From Anaeroplasmataceae bacterium (GTDB taxonomy: Bacteria; Bacillota_I; Bacilli_A; Acholeplasmatales; Anaeroplasmataceae): 64,000 nt of DNA. The stretch covers positions 577 through 64,576 of the forward strand of contig JAHHSV010000002.1 of assembly GCA_020025015.1 (NCBI GenBank), written 5' to 3'. Both the position numbers and the translations under genes were made by a program. Shown here one piece after another: positions 1 through 8,689 of the stretch; positions within the stretch are counted from its first letter, which is position 1, and the number at the start of each line of letters is the position of its first letter. Under the pieces are notes generated by a model. That model was given only the letters and a program-made list of their open reading frames with translations. It did no database searches and was not told where the DNA came from.

Positions 1-2478
1 GGCGCTAGTAAAAATCAAGCCTTCCATTGCGTTACTATTAACAAAAGGACATCTTTCCTTAAAGTTATTAAAATCATTAAAAATTCCATTTGCTCTCGCT
101 TCTAGTATTTCCTTAGTAACCTGATTACCAATACCTAAAATAGCGGTAAAAGGTAAATATAAGGAATTCTTATAGGAAACAAATTTATCCGTTGAAATAT
201 TAATATTAGGTGCCATTATTCTCACACCATGATTTTTAGCATAATTTAAATAGCTTGCTGTAGTCGCCTGACTACCAATAACGTTATTTAAAATATTTGC
301 CATAAAATTACTAAAATAATATGTTTTTAAATAAGCCATTTGATAGCTTACTACTGCATAGGCAACACTGTGAGCCTTATTAAAGCCGTAGTTTGCAAAC
401 TTAACAATGTAATCGTAAATTTTATTACTTATATCCATACTATAGCCAGTATTCATAGCACTACCTACAAACTTATCTCTTTCAGCCTCTAATACATCAA
501 GCTTTTTCTTACTAACGGCACGACGTAAAATATCAGCCTGACCTAAGGAATAGCTGGCAAACTTGCAGGCTATTTTAATAATTTGCTCCTGATAAACAAT
601 AATACCATATGTATCCTTTAAAATAGGCTCTAAATCCGGATGCAAATATTCAAACCTTTTACCATGCCTACGGGCGATAAATTCATCAATATTATCCATT
701 GGGCCTGGACGATATAAGGCAAGCACCGCAACTAAATCCTCAAACCTTGAAGGCTTAAGCTTAGTTAAAACAATTCTAATGCCGCGTGATTCTAATTGGA
801 AAACGCCTAAGGTATCCGCATTCGATAATAGCTCTAAGACATTCTTATCATTTAAATTTATCTCTCTTAGCCATTTAGCATCCTTATTAATTTCCTTTAA
901 AATATTATCAATTATTGTTAAATTTTTAATACCTAAAAAGTCCATTTTTAATAAGCCTAAGGATTCAAGCTCTGAGGCCTGAAGCTGAGACTGTAAAATA
1001 CCATTAGGGCCCTCCTGAAATGGTATAACATCCATTAAATCAATATCTGAAATAATTATACCGGCTGCGTGAGTTGAGATATTTCGTGGAAGCCCATCTA
1101 AACGCTTTAAAATATATAGGAAATTATAAACATCAGGTCGATAGGTAAACTCGGCTAATAGCTTATCAAAATCATTATTTTCTTCAACTAGCTTCACAAT
1201 TTCCTTAATGATTTTATTTTCAATCTTTAATACCCTACCTAAATCTCTAACTGAGCTTTTTAAGGAAAAGGTACCAAAGGTTGTAATGCTTGAAACATGG
1301 TTTTCCCCATAAAAGTCCTTAACATATTTAATTACCATATCACGCTTATTATCTGGAAAGTCCGTATCGATATCAGGCATACTTACTCTTTCCGGATTTA
1401 AGAAACGCTCAAATAACAAGTCATATTTTAAAGGATCAATATCGGTAATTCCTAAGGAATAGGCAACAAGGGAGCTTGCAGCACTACCTCTACCTGGGCC
1501 AACCAATACGCCATTTTTCTTAGCATATCTAATGAAATCCCAAACTATTAGGAAATAATCATTAAATTGCATATCATTTATTACCTTAAGCTCCTTATTT
1601 AATCTTTCTAAATAAGGCTTATTATTTCTTATACCACTAGTAGCCAAGCGTCTATTTAAGCCCTTACTTGCAAGCTTAAACAAATAATCCTTGGCACTAA
1701 TACCATCTAAAGGAAATTTAGGCATTCTAACCTTTTCCTTAAATAAATCTAAATTAATACTTTTAACAAGCTCATTAGTATTTTCAATAAACTCTAAGGC
1801 CTCAATATCATTTTCTATTGCGCTATCATAAAAGCTAAAATCACCATCAATTGGATTATCCGAATGACCCTTTAGCTTATATAAAAAATCATAAACAATT
1901 CTATCTTCCTTGTATAAATACTTTAGCTCATGGATATATACGCTTAAAATTCCTAAATCTCTAGCTAGAGCTGCAGCCTCTTTATTAATTTCTCGCTTTT
2001 GGTTAACCTGGAAGGTAACACCTAAATATAGGTGATTAAATATTTTGCTGTATTCCTCTAAAGCATCTCTACCCTCATATGGACAAGCTCCACTAATGCT
2101 TCTTTCAACAATAGACTTCATTGCAACTAAAATTTGATAGCTATTTTTAGATAGCTTAACTAGTAAATCCAAATTCAATTTACCAAGCTCAACCATACTA
2201 GATAAACGTAATAAATCACGATAGCCTGCATTATTAAAAGGATAAATCAAAAAGGTATCAATATAATTATCCCTTTCTAAATTTACCTCTAAGCCAATTA
2301 CTGGCTTAATTCCTTTAGCCATACACTTGTTATAAAACTGCATATGCCCTGATAAATTTCTATCTGTTATTGATAAAAAATCAAATTGCATTTTTTCGGC
2401 ATAAGAAATATATTCATCTAAATGAACTGCATTATCAAGAATATTAAATTCAGTTTCACCATATAAGAATCCCTTCAT
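1..2478 (-). CDS. dnaE: DNA polymerase III alpha subunit DnaE, N-terminal 826 codons (3' end lies beyond nt 1)
   Basis: Absent from the ORF track because it is open at the window edge. My translation from ATG 2478..2476 reads MKGFLYGETEFNILDNAVHLDEYISYAEKMQFDFLSITDRNLSGH (PHP domain), then LVGPGRGSAASSLVAYSLGITDIDPL, MPDIDTDFPD, LLKMDFLGIKNLT and GFNKAHSVAYA, with no stop down to nt 1. AGGTG lies 6 nt upstream of the ATG. Confidence 0.9.
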   Translation of the reverse strand, partial: MKGFLYGETEFNILDNAVHLDEYISYAEKMQFDFLSITDRNLSGHMQFYNKCMAKGIKPVIGLEVNLERDNYIDTFLIYPFNNAGYRDLLRLSSMVELGKLNLDLLVKLSKNSYQILVAMKSIVERSISGACPYEGRDALEEYSKIFNHLYLGVTFQVNQKREINKEAAALARDLGILSVYIHELKYLYKEDRIVYDFLYKLKGHSDNPIDGDFSFYDSAIENDIEALEFIENTNELVKSINLDLFKEKVRMPKFPLDGISAKDYLFKLASKGLNRRLATSGIRNNKPYLERLNKELKVINDMQFNDYFLIVWDFIRYAKKNGVLVGPGRGSAASSLVAYSLGITDIDPLKYDLLFERFLNPERVSMPDIDTDFPDNKRDMVIKYVKDFYGENHVSSITTFGTFSLKSSVRDLGRVLKIENKIIKEIVKLVEENNDFDKLLAEFTYRPDVYNFLYILKRLDGLPRNISTHAAGIIISDIDLMDVIPFQEGPNGILQSQLQASELESLGLLKMDFLGIKNLTIIDNILKEINKDAKWLREINLNDKNVLELLSNADTLGVFQLESRGIRIVLTKLKPSRFEDLVAVLALYRPGPMDNIDEFIARRHGKRFEYLHPDLEPILKDTYGIIVYQEQIIKIACKFASYSLGQADILRRAVSKKKLDVLEAERDKFVGSAMNTGYSMDISNKIYDYIVKFANYGFNKAHSVAYAVVSYQMAYLKTYYFSNFMANILNNVIGSQATTASYLNYAKNHGVRIMAPNINISTDKFVSYKNSLYLPFTAILGIGNQVTKEILEARANGIFNDFNNFKERCPFVNSNAMEGLIFTSA

Positions 2479-2532
2479 TGCTTACACCTACTTTTAAAGG
2501 TATTTTAGCATAATTTAGGCTAAAGTTATAGT

Positions 2533-3981
2533 CTAATCATCCTCTATTAGCCTTTTTTCTTTTTTTCTTTTATATAAATAATAGCCTAAAAATCCTAAAA
2601 ACACTAAACACAATAAAACGATTACTATTATCTTTCCCTTACTAAGGTTTATTTTATTATCATTTTTAGGCAAAACATTTATAGCTATTATTCCATGGTT
2701 GAAAAGCCCTGATGAATTATAGCAGGTTATTGTTACATAATAAATTCCTGGCGTATTATTATCAAAGCTACCATAATCAATATTTACACTATCTAAAATA
2801 TTAGGATCAGAGGGATCTTCGATAAAATAATGCTTTGTAATATCAACAATTTCTCCTTCCTTTATTTCGATATTTTCACATCTAATGCTAGGCTTAACCA
2901 TGCTTACTAAATTAACCTTCAGCACCTTTTTTGTCGTATTACCATCCAAATCAGTTAGCTCATATGTTACCTCATAGCTACCAACCTGATTAATAAGAGT
3001 ACTATAATCTATTTTTACATTTTCAAACATATTAATGCCATTATCGCTAGCTTGCTTGATATACTTAGTAAAAATAGTTTCTTCAAATTTCGTTTCATAT
3101 TCTAGGGTTATTTGCTGGTGGCTTAATTCTAAAACCGGAAAAATCAAATCAACAACTGCTACATCTATACGATAGGTACTAATATTATTTTCATGATCAT
3201 TAAAGCTAACCAAAACGTCTCTATATTCCCCTATCTTATTAATATCTAAGCCTTCAATTCTAATAGTATTAAACACATCGCCATCTAAATCATCAACAGC
3301 TTTAAAGTACTTTTTCCAATCCACCTCCTTACCCTTTTCTAAAACCAGCTTATTTTCCTTTCCTAAATAATTTATAACCGGTCCAACCTTATCAACAATA
3401 TTTATTTTTAATTTTTCAGTATCACTATTACCACTACCATCAACTGCTGTAATTAGAGCCTCATAGCTACCTACCCGATTAAAATCTACTAAATCTAAAT
3501 CAAGATTAACTACACAATCATCCTTTAAATTATCCTTAATGCTATAAAAACTCTTAAAATCTATGCTATGAGGCTTTGTCTTAACATTTATGCTAATCTC
3601 ATCATCTAATAAATAAATTACTGGTGCTATATCATCATAAACATTAAAGGTAATTAGCTGCTTATAATTTTCACAATTACCAGGCTTATATTTATGTTCA
3701 ATAGCCTTATACCAAACCTTGTATTCGCCCGGCTTATTAGTATTAACATCCTTTAAATAATAGAGCCAATCGCCATTTCTGTTATATTCAATTGAAGCAT
3801 CACTACAATGCCTATTATCAATATAAAGCTTAGCCTGAGGTAAGGCTGTATAGTTATAAATACTTGATTGAATCGTCACATCAATATAGGTATTTTCCCA
3901 TTCATATCGATAGCTTTTAGCCAACACCCTAGGAAAGCTAAAAAATAGGAGCGTAAAAAGTAAAATTAATATTTTTTTCAT
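2533..3981 (-). CDS. Membrane-anchored surface protein with tandem bacterial Ig-like (DUF5011-type) repeats
   Basis: Signal peptide MKKILILLFTLLFFSFPRVLA. Four to five ~85-100 aa repeats end in patterns such as VGSYEALITAVDGSGNSDTEKLKINIVDKVGPVI, IGEYRDVLVSFNDHENNISTYRIDVAVVDLIFPVL and VGSYEVTYELTDLDGNTTKKVLKVNLV. C-terminal helix IIVIVLLCLVFLGFLGYYLY is followed by KRKKEKR. No LPxTG motif. TAG stop. Confidence 0.7.
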   Translation of the reverse strand: MKKILILLFTLLFFSFPRVLAKSYRYEWENTYIDVTIQSSIYNYTALPQAKLYIDNRHCSDASIEYNRNGDWLYYLKDVNTNKPGEYKVWYKAIEHKYKPGNCENYKQLITFNVYDDIAPVIYLLDDEISINVKTKPHSIDFKSFYSIKDNLKDDCVVNLDLDLVDFNRVGSYEALITAVDGSGNSDTEKLKINIVDKVGPVINYLGKENKLVLEKGKEVDWKKYFKAVDDLDGDVFNTIRIEGLDINKIGEYRDVLVSFNDHENNISTYRIDVAVVDLIFPVLELSHQQITLEYETKFEETIFTKYIKQASDNGINMFENVKIDYSTLINQVGSYEVTYELTDLDGNTTKKVLKVNLVSMVKPSIRCENIEIKEGEIVDITKHYFIEDPSDPNILDSVNIDYGSFDNNTPGIYYVTITCYNSSGLFNHGIIAINVLPKNDNKINLSKGKIIVIVLLCLVFLGFLGYYLYKRKKEKRLIEDD

Positions 3982-3985
3982 ATGA

Positions 3986-5161
3986 TCATATTTGCCTTAC
4001 AACCTTTTTAACTTGGGTTAATTCTAAATACATATCAAGAAAAATTTTATACTTATTAGGTCTATGAATAGAAAGAGCCATTTCCTCTAAATAATAATCT
4101 GCCGCAAAATATAAATACTTATTAATAGCAACAGGAAAGGCAACATTTAACAAATATTCATAAGCCTTCTCAAGGCTCCTATTTTTTAAATCCAAATAAA
4201 TTAAATAGTGCTTATACTCGCTTCTAATTTCTGATTCCTTTAAAAATTTATTTAAATCATTAGAATTATTATTAATAAAATAATAAGCTTTACCTAATTC
4301 ATCTAAGGAAGCAAGCTCATAATCCTTATAATTTTCCATTTTTAAATTATATATATAATCTAACGAATTGATTTTTTTAATATCCGCTATCTTTTTTATC
4401 GTATCCTTATAAGCCGAATAATTTTCTTCTAATAAATAAAAGTAAGCCATATCAAAGTGAATACGATCAAGCTTTAAATTATCACCATAGGTAAAGGCTG
4501 TTTTTTCTAATTCTGAATAATATTTACTAGTGTTAGGGCTATGCGTAATTAAAGCAGATTCAAATAGATAGGCAAGCTGGATAGGTAAAAGATAATCAAC
4601 ATCTAGCTTATTTAGAATTCCTAATTTTAAATAATCACTAGCATTAACATAATCGCCAATATAATATAAATAAATTCCATAAAAGCTCACAAAAATCATT
4701 AAATCTAAATTGGCTAAAGAGGCAGTAAGCTTTTCAAGCTTTAAGATGCATCTTCTAGCTTCATCTAAATCATTTCTGCTTAGACCAAAAATTAGCCTAA
4801 TTAACTCAACCCTATGATTATCTAAGCCTCTTAATTTATCTAAGATTTCCTCTTCCCTTGCTAATTGCTTAAAGTAAAACATTTTAACTGCCTCTATTAA
4901 TAGCTCACGTGACTCTAAAAGATAGCTTTCCTTTTCCTCAGAAATACCAACCTTTTCACAAATATCATGTAAGCATTTTTGACTTGGCTTAATTTGATTT
5001 CTTTCAACCTTACAAATATAGGATATTGAACAATTTTCATCAGCTATAGCCTTTAAGGTCTTTCCTCTATTAATTCTATGCTGCTTAATTTCAGCTCCTA
5101 AGGCATTATACACATCATCCTTTTGCTGCATTCTTCTGGTCAATTCATACTTAATATTCAT
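3986..5161 (-). CDS. XRE-family HTH transcriptional regulator with long TPR-like helical C-terminal domain (RRNPP-like architecture)
   Basis: N-terminal HTH_3 pattern: LGAEIKQHRINRGKTLKAIADENCSISYICKVERNQIKPSQKCLHDICEKVGIS. About 320 aa of Y/L/E-rich helical repeats follow (ANLDLMIFVSFYGIYLYYIGDYVNASDYLKLG..., AYFYLLEENYSAYKD...). RBS GGGGGA lies upstream of ATG 5161. TGA stop sits 4 nt before the next start. Confidence 0.7.
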   Translation of the reverse strand: MNIKYELTRRMQQKDDVYNALGAEIKQHRINRGKTLKAIADENCSISYICKVERNQIKPSQKCLHDICEKVGISEEKESYLLESRELLIEAVKMFYFKQLAREEEILDKLRGLDNHRVELIRLIFGLSRNDLDEARRCILKLEKLTASLANLDLMIFVSFYGIYLYYIGDYVNASDYLKLGILNKLDVDYLLPIQLAYLFESALITHSPNTSKYYSELEKTAFTYGDNLKLDRIHFDMAYFYLLEENYSAYKDTIKKIADIKKINSLDYIYNLKMENYKDYELASLDELGKAYYFINNNSNDLNKFLKESEIRSEYKHYLIYLDLKNRSLEKAYEYLLNVAFPVAINKYLYFAADYYLEEMALSIHRPNKYKIFLDMYLELTQVKKVVRQI

Positions 5162-5261
5162 ATTTATCCCCCTTTTTAAAAAAGGATATACTATCTACTT
5201 TTATACTTCCATAAATTATTTGGTCTAAGTATAATTTATGCAAAGAAAGCATAGTCTATTG

Positions 5262-5302
5262 ACAAAAAAGAAGTTTTTGCTAGATAAACTAACAAAAACT
5301 TC
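5262..5302 (-). terminator. Rho-independent terminator after copA
   Basis: Stem GAAGTTTTTG (5270-5279) pairs with CAAAAACTTC (5293-5302). On the minus strand the hairpin is followed by TTTTTTG. Confidence 0.75.
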
Positions 5303-5323
5303 TCTTTTTTTAATATTAACTTC

Positions 5324-7843
5324 CTATAAAGAAGCTTCGTAGCCAGCATCCTTAATAGCTTTTACTAATGCTTCATTTGAAACATTACCATTAGTTTCAA
5401 CTACTGCTTCCTTGTTTTCTAAAGAAACCTCGACAGACTTAACACCTTCTAAAGCCTCTAAGGCCTTCTTAACATGACCTACACAGTGCATGCACATCAT
5501 ACCTTCAACATGAATCTTAACCATATTTTCACCTCCTACTTCTTCAATTTTTTCTATTTCTAAAGCCTTACTATCAACTAATTGACAAACTCCAGTTGGG
5601 CAGACCTTAACCTCACTTTTAGCCTTAATTGGCTTATAGAAATTAATTGTTAGTGATGATAACACTACCGAAACGCTTGAGAAGCTCATCGCTATGCTAC
5701 CAATCATTGGATTAATTGTTAAGCCTAAGGCTTGGAACATACCAGTTGCTATCGCAACACAAACAACATTATAGAAGAAAGCCCAAAATAAATTTACCTT
5801 AATTGTATTTAGGGTTCTGTTTGATAATCTAATTACATTTAAAACATCAATTAAAGAATTATTTAATAAAACAATATCACTAGACTCTAAAGCTATATCA
5901 CTACCACTACCAATAGCTATACCTAAATCAGCAGTTGCTAAAGCTGGAGCATCATTTACACCATCACCAACCATAGCAACTAGGTGATGCTTATCACCTT
6001 TAGCCTTTAATTCGCTAATAATTCGTTGCTTATCCTCGGGGTAAACATCAGCAATTACCTCATCAACCCCAATTTCACTCGCAATAGCTTTAGCTGTGTT
6101 TTCATTATCACCAGTTAGCATAATTACTCTAATTCCACGTTCCTTAAGAAGCTTAATTGCTTCAAGTGATGTTTCCTTAGGCTCATCTCTAATTGAAATT
6201 ATACCAGTTATTTCATCATTTCTTGTAATAATAAGTGGAGTTTTACCATCCATACTTAATTTATTTAAGGTATCCTCAATATCCTTAGCTAGGGTACCAT
6301 TATAAATTCTTAAATTACCAATAAAATAAGTATTACCCTTATAGCTTCCCTTTAAGCCACGAGCATCAATCGCTTCATAGCTTTCAATTTCTAAGCTAGT
6401 AGCCTTATTAGCTTCACCATACTCACAAACTGCAAGAGATAATGGATGCTCACTCTTTTTTTCAATTGAATAAATAACATTTAATAAATCTGGATCATTT
6501 GCTAAATTATAAAAGTCAATAACACGAGGCTTCCCCTCTGTAATAGTACCAGTTTTATCCATTACAACAGTCTTAATTAAATGTGATCTTTCTAAAATAT
6601 CGGCATTTCTAATTAATAAACCATTTAAAGCAGCACGACCAGTTGAAACCATTATCGCTACTGGGGTTGCTAAGCCTAAAGCACATGGACAGGCGATAAC
6701 CACAACAGTTATAGCAAATCTAAAGGCCTTTTCAAAGTCACCATCTATAGCAATATTGGCAATAAAGGTAATTATGGAAATTAATAAAATAATTGGAACA
6801 AACACACCACTAATTTTATCAGCTAAACGACTAATCGGAGCCTTACTGCTAGAAGCCTCATCTACTAGCTTAATAATATTTTCAAACTTAGTATCCTCGC
6901 CAACCTTTAAGGCTTCAAGCTTTGCATAACCAGTTAAAACTGTTGTTGAAGCATAAACCTCTTCGCCCACTCCTAATTCACGTGGCATACTTTCACCAGT
7001 TATATTAGCCTCATCACAGGCAATTGTACCTTCAACAATCTTACCATCAACAGGAATTATATTACCCTTTTTAACAATAACAATCTCACCAGGTCTAACA
7101 TTCTCTGCCTTAATTTCTACTTCCTTAGAATCACGAATAACTAAAGCAACCTTTGGCTTTAAATCCATTAGCTTAGTAATCGCATCAGTTGTACGACGTT
7201 TACTTAATTCCTCAAAATATTTCCCCATTGAAACAAGCGTTAAAATCATACCCGCTGATTCAATATAAAGATTATGAATATAATCATTATAGCTCATAGA
7301 AATCATAAATAAGGCTATAATACCATAAACTAAGGAAGCAAAAGCACCTATCGCAATTAAGCTATCCATATTAGGACTACGTTTAATTAATTTATTAGTA
7401 CCACTTATAAAATAATTTCTATTTAAATAAACAATTGGTAGGGTTAATAAAAATTGCAATAACGCAAAGCCCATAGGATTTTGCATATGATCAAAAACCG
7501 CAGGTAATGGGAAGCCCCACATCATGTTACCCATTGAAACATACATAGTAAGAATTAAAAAAACAAAAGAGGCAATAAGTGAGGCAAGCTTATGATCATT
7601 TACCTCAGGCGCCTTAGTTAAGGCCCTCTTATTATTCTTATTAATCGCTCTATAGCCTACACTACTTACAGCAGCCATGATTTTTTCACTGCTTGTAACA
7701 TTTTCATCATAATCAACATTCATTATACCCTTTAAAAGGTTAACGTTGGCACTTCTTACACCCTTTGTATTTTTTACAGCCTTTTCTACGTGCGCCTGAC
7801 AGGCTGCACAGGTCATACCTAAAACATCAAATTTTTCCTTCAT
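5324..7843 (-). CDS. copA: Copper-translocating P1B-type ATPase CopA with N-terminal HMA domain and an extra C-terminal CopZ-like HMA domain
   Basis: N-terminal GMTCAACQAHVE. Membrane CPC motif VIACPCALGLATP. DKTGTIT phosphorylation site and VGDGVNDAPAL hinge. C-terminus MVKIHVEGMMCMHCVGHVKKALEAL... is a second GMxCxxC ferredoxin-like domain. Confidence 0.92.
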   Translation of the reverse strand: MKEKFDVLGMTCAACQAHVEKAVKNTKGVRSANVNLLKGIMNVDYDENVTSSEKIMAAVSSVGYRAINKNNKRALTKAPEVNDHKLASLIASFVFLILTMYVSMGNMMWGFPLPAVFDHMQNPMGFALLQFLLTLPIVYLNRNYFISGTNKLIKRSPNMDSLIAIGAFASLVYGIIALFMISMSYNDYIHNLYIESAGMILTLVSMGKYFEELSKRRTTDAITKLMDLKPKVALVIRDSKEVEIKAENVRPGEIVIVKKGNIIPVDGKIVEGTIACDEANITGESMPRELGVGEEVYASTTVLTGYAKLEALKVGEDTKFENIIKLVDEASSSKAPISRLADKISGVFVPIILLISIITFIANIAIDGDFEKAFRFAITVVVIACPCALGLATPVAIMVSTGRAALNGLLIRNADILERSHLIKTVVMDKTGTITEGKPRVIDFYNLANDPDLLNVIYSIEKKSEHPLSLAVCEYGEANKATSLEIESYEAIDARGLKGSYKGNTYFIGNLRIYNGTLAKDIEDTLNKLSMDGKTPLIITRNDEITGIISIRDEPKETSLEAIKLLKERGIRVIMLTGDNENTAKAIASEIGVDEVIADVYPEDKQRIISELKAKGDKHHLVAMVGDGVNDAPALATADLGIAIGSGSDIALESSDIVLLNNSLIDVLNVIRLSNRTLNTIKVNLFWAFFYNVVCVAIATGMFQALGLTINPMIGSIAMSFSSVSVVLSSLTINFYKPIKAKSEVKVCPTGVCQLVDSKALEIEKIEEVGGENMVKIHVEGMMCMHCVGHVKKALEALEGVKSVEVSLENKEAVVETNGNVSNEALVKAIKDAGYEASL
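5522..5536 (-). promoter_or_regulatory. Internal Shine-Dalgarno plus ATG inside copA, positioned to start the C-terminal HMA (CopZ-like) domain
   Basis: The minus strand reads gaagaagtaGGAGGTGaaaatATGgttaagattcat. This is a consensus-type SD with the same 6-9 nt spacing seen at real starts in this window, in frame with copA (..EEVGGEN-MVKIHVEG..). Confidence 0.45.
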
Positions 7844-7845
7844 AA

Positions 7846-8130
7846 TTAAAACCTCTTAAACAGATCACTAATTTCATCAACTACACTATAATCACCATTT
7901 TTAATTGAATCAATTAAACAAGAATGAATGTGATGATCTAAAATAATACCTGCTAAGCTTTTAATTGACTTTTCAACAGCACTTAGCTGAATTAAAACAT
8001 CCTGACAATATCTGTCATCTTCAATCATGTTCTTTATTCCATTAATTTGACCAGAAATTCGGTTTATGCGGTTAATCAAAACCTTCTTTTCTTCTTCACT
8101 TCTAATCTTTTTCTTACATGAGCATTCCAT
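7846..8130 (-). CDS. csoR: Copper-sensing repressor, CsoR family (DUF156)
   Basis: 94 aa. Motifs LINRINRISGQINGIKNMIEDDRYCQDVLIQLSAVEKSIKSLAGIILDHHIHSCL carry the C...H...C ligand pattern. The gene lies 2 nt upstream of copA. Confidence 0.88.
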   Translation of the reverse strand: MECSCKKKIRSEEEKKVLINRINRISGQINGIKNMIEDDRYCQDVLIQLSAVEKSIKSLAGIILDHHIHSCLIDSIKNGDYSVVDEISDLFKRF

Positions 8131-8157
8131 ATTAGCACCTCATTTCACCTTTATTAT

Positions 8158-8174
8158 ATACCCCCATAGGGTAT
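8158..8174. promoter_or_regulatory. CsoR-type operator palindrome in the csoR-copA promoter
   Basis: ATACCC-ccata-GGGTAT is a perfect 6-bp inverted repeat and a GC island in AT-rich DNA. On the minus strand it directly abuts a TATAAT (GGGTATATAAT) about 25 nt upstream of the csoR RBS AGGTG. Confidence 0.7.
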
Positions 8175-8194
8175 TTTAAAAGAAATTTGCTCAT

Positions 8195-8226
8195 TAAAAA
8201 AAGAATCTTTTTTTATTAAAGATTCT
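8195..8226 (-). terminator. Rho-independent terminator overlapping the pncC stop codon
   Basis: AGAATCTTT (8202-8210) pairs with AAAGATTCT (8218-8226), with a 7-nt loop. A T6 run follows on the minus strand. Confidence 0.65.
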
Positions 8227-8689
8227 CTAATAAGCTTATAAGACTTTCAAAGATATAATCAACCGCTAAGGCTCTTACTACATTTCTACCTTGATTACCA
8301 AAATATTCAGTATAGGTATGAAGCTTACCATTAATAGCTATACCAAAGCAAACCATACCAATTGGCTTAGTAGCAGTCGCACCGGTAGGCCCAGCTATAC
8401 CACTAATTCCAACCCCAACATTGGCCTTGGCCTTTTTTGCTACACCCAAAGCCATTTCACCTGCTACATCCTCTGATACTACCCCATGTTTATTGATCGT
8501 AGCCTCATTTACTCCTAATAAATCCACCTTAGCCTCATTAGCGTAGGTAATAAAGGACATATCTAAAACCTTAGAGGCATTAGCGACATTGACTAAGGTT
8601 CCTACCGCTAAGCCAGCCGTACAGCTTTCGGCAAAGCTAATATGCATTTTGTTTTTAATTAATAATTCAACTAATCTATCCTCAAGCAT
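8216..8689 (-). CDS. pncC: Nicotinamide-nucleotide amidohydrolase PncC (stand-alone CinA C-terminal domain)
   Basis: 157 aa. Motifs ISFAESCTAGLAVGTL, GVVSEDVAGEMALG and GISGIAGPTGAT are typical of the CinA_C/PncC family. There is no MoCF-binding N-terminal domain. Confidence 0.85.
   Translation of the reverse strand: MLEDRLVELLIKNKMHISFAESCTAGLAVGTLVNVANASKVLDMSFITYANEAKVDLLGVNEATINKHGVVSEDVAGEMALGVAKKAKANVGVGISGIAGPTGATATKPIGMVCFGIAINGKLHTYTEYFGNQGRNVVRALAVDYIFESLISLLENL

Noticed and set aside
3971-3981. Poly(A)7 tract directly after the start codon of the Ig-repeat surface protein (ATG AAA AAA ATA), as a possible slipped-strand phase-variation switch.
   Set aside because: Seven residues is short for an efficient contingency locus. 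MKK starts encoded by AAA AAA are common for secreted proteins in AT-rich genomes, and the MMPL, GLUG-protein and comEA genes here have similar starts. There is no evidence of length heterogeneity from a single sequence.
5238-5330. 30-codon plus-strand ORF (MQRKHSLLTKKKFLLDKLTKTSLFFNINFL) divergent from the HTH-TPR regulator. This is superficially the layout of an Rgg/SHP-type short hydrophobic peptide gene.
   Set aside because: There is no Shine-Dalgarno upstream (..tctaagtataatttATG). The ORF is largely made of the copA terminator hairpin and runs into the copA 3' end. The C-terminus is not a clean hydrophobic pheromone-like segment. It would only be worth revisiting if small-peptide proteomics or Ribo-seq shows it is translated.
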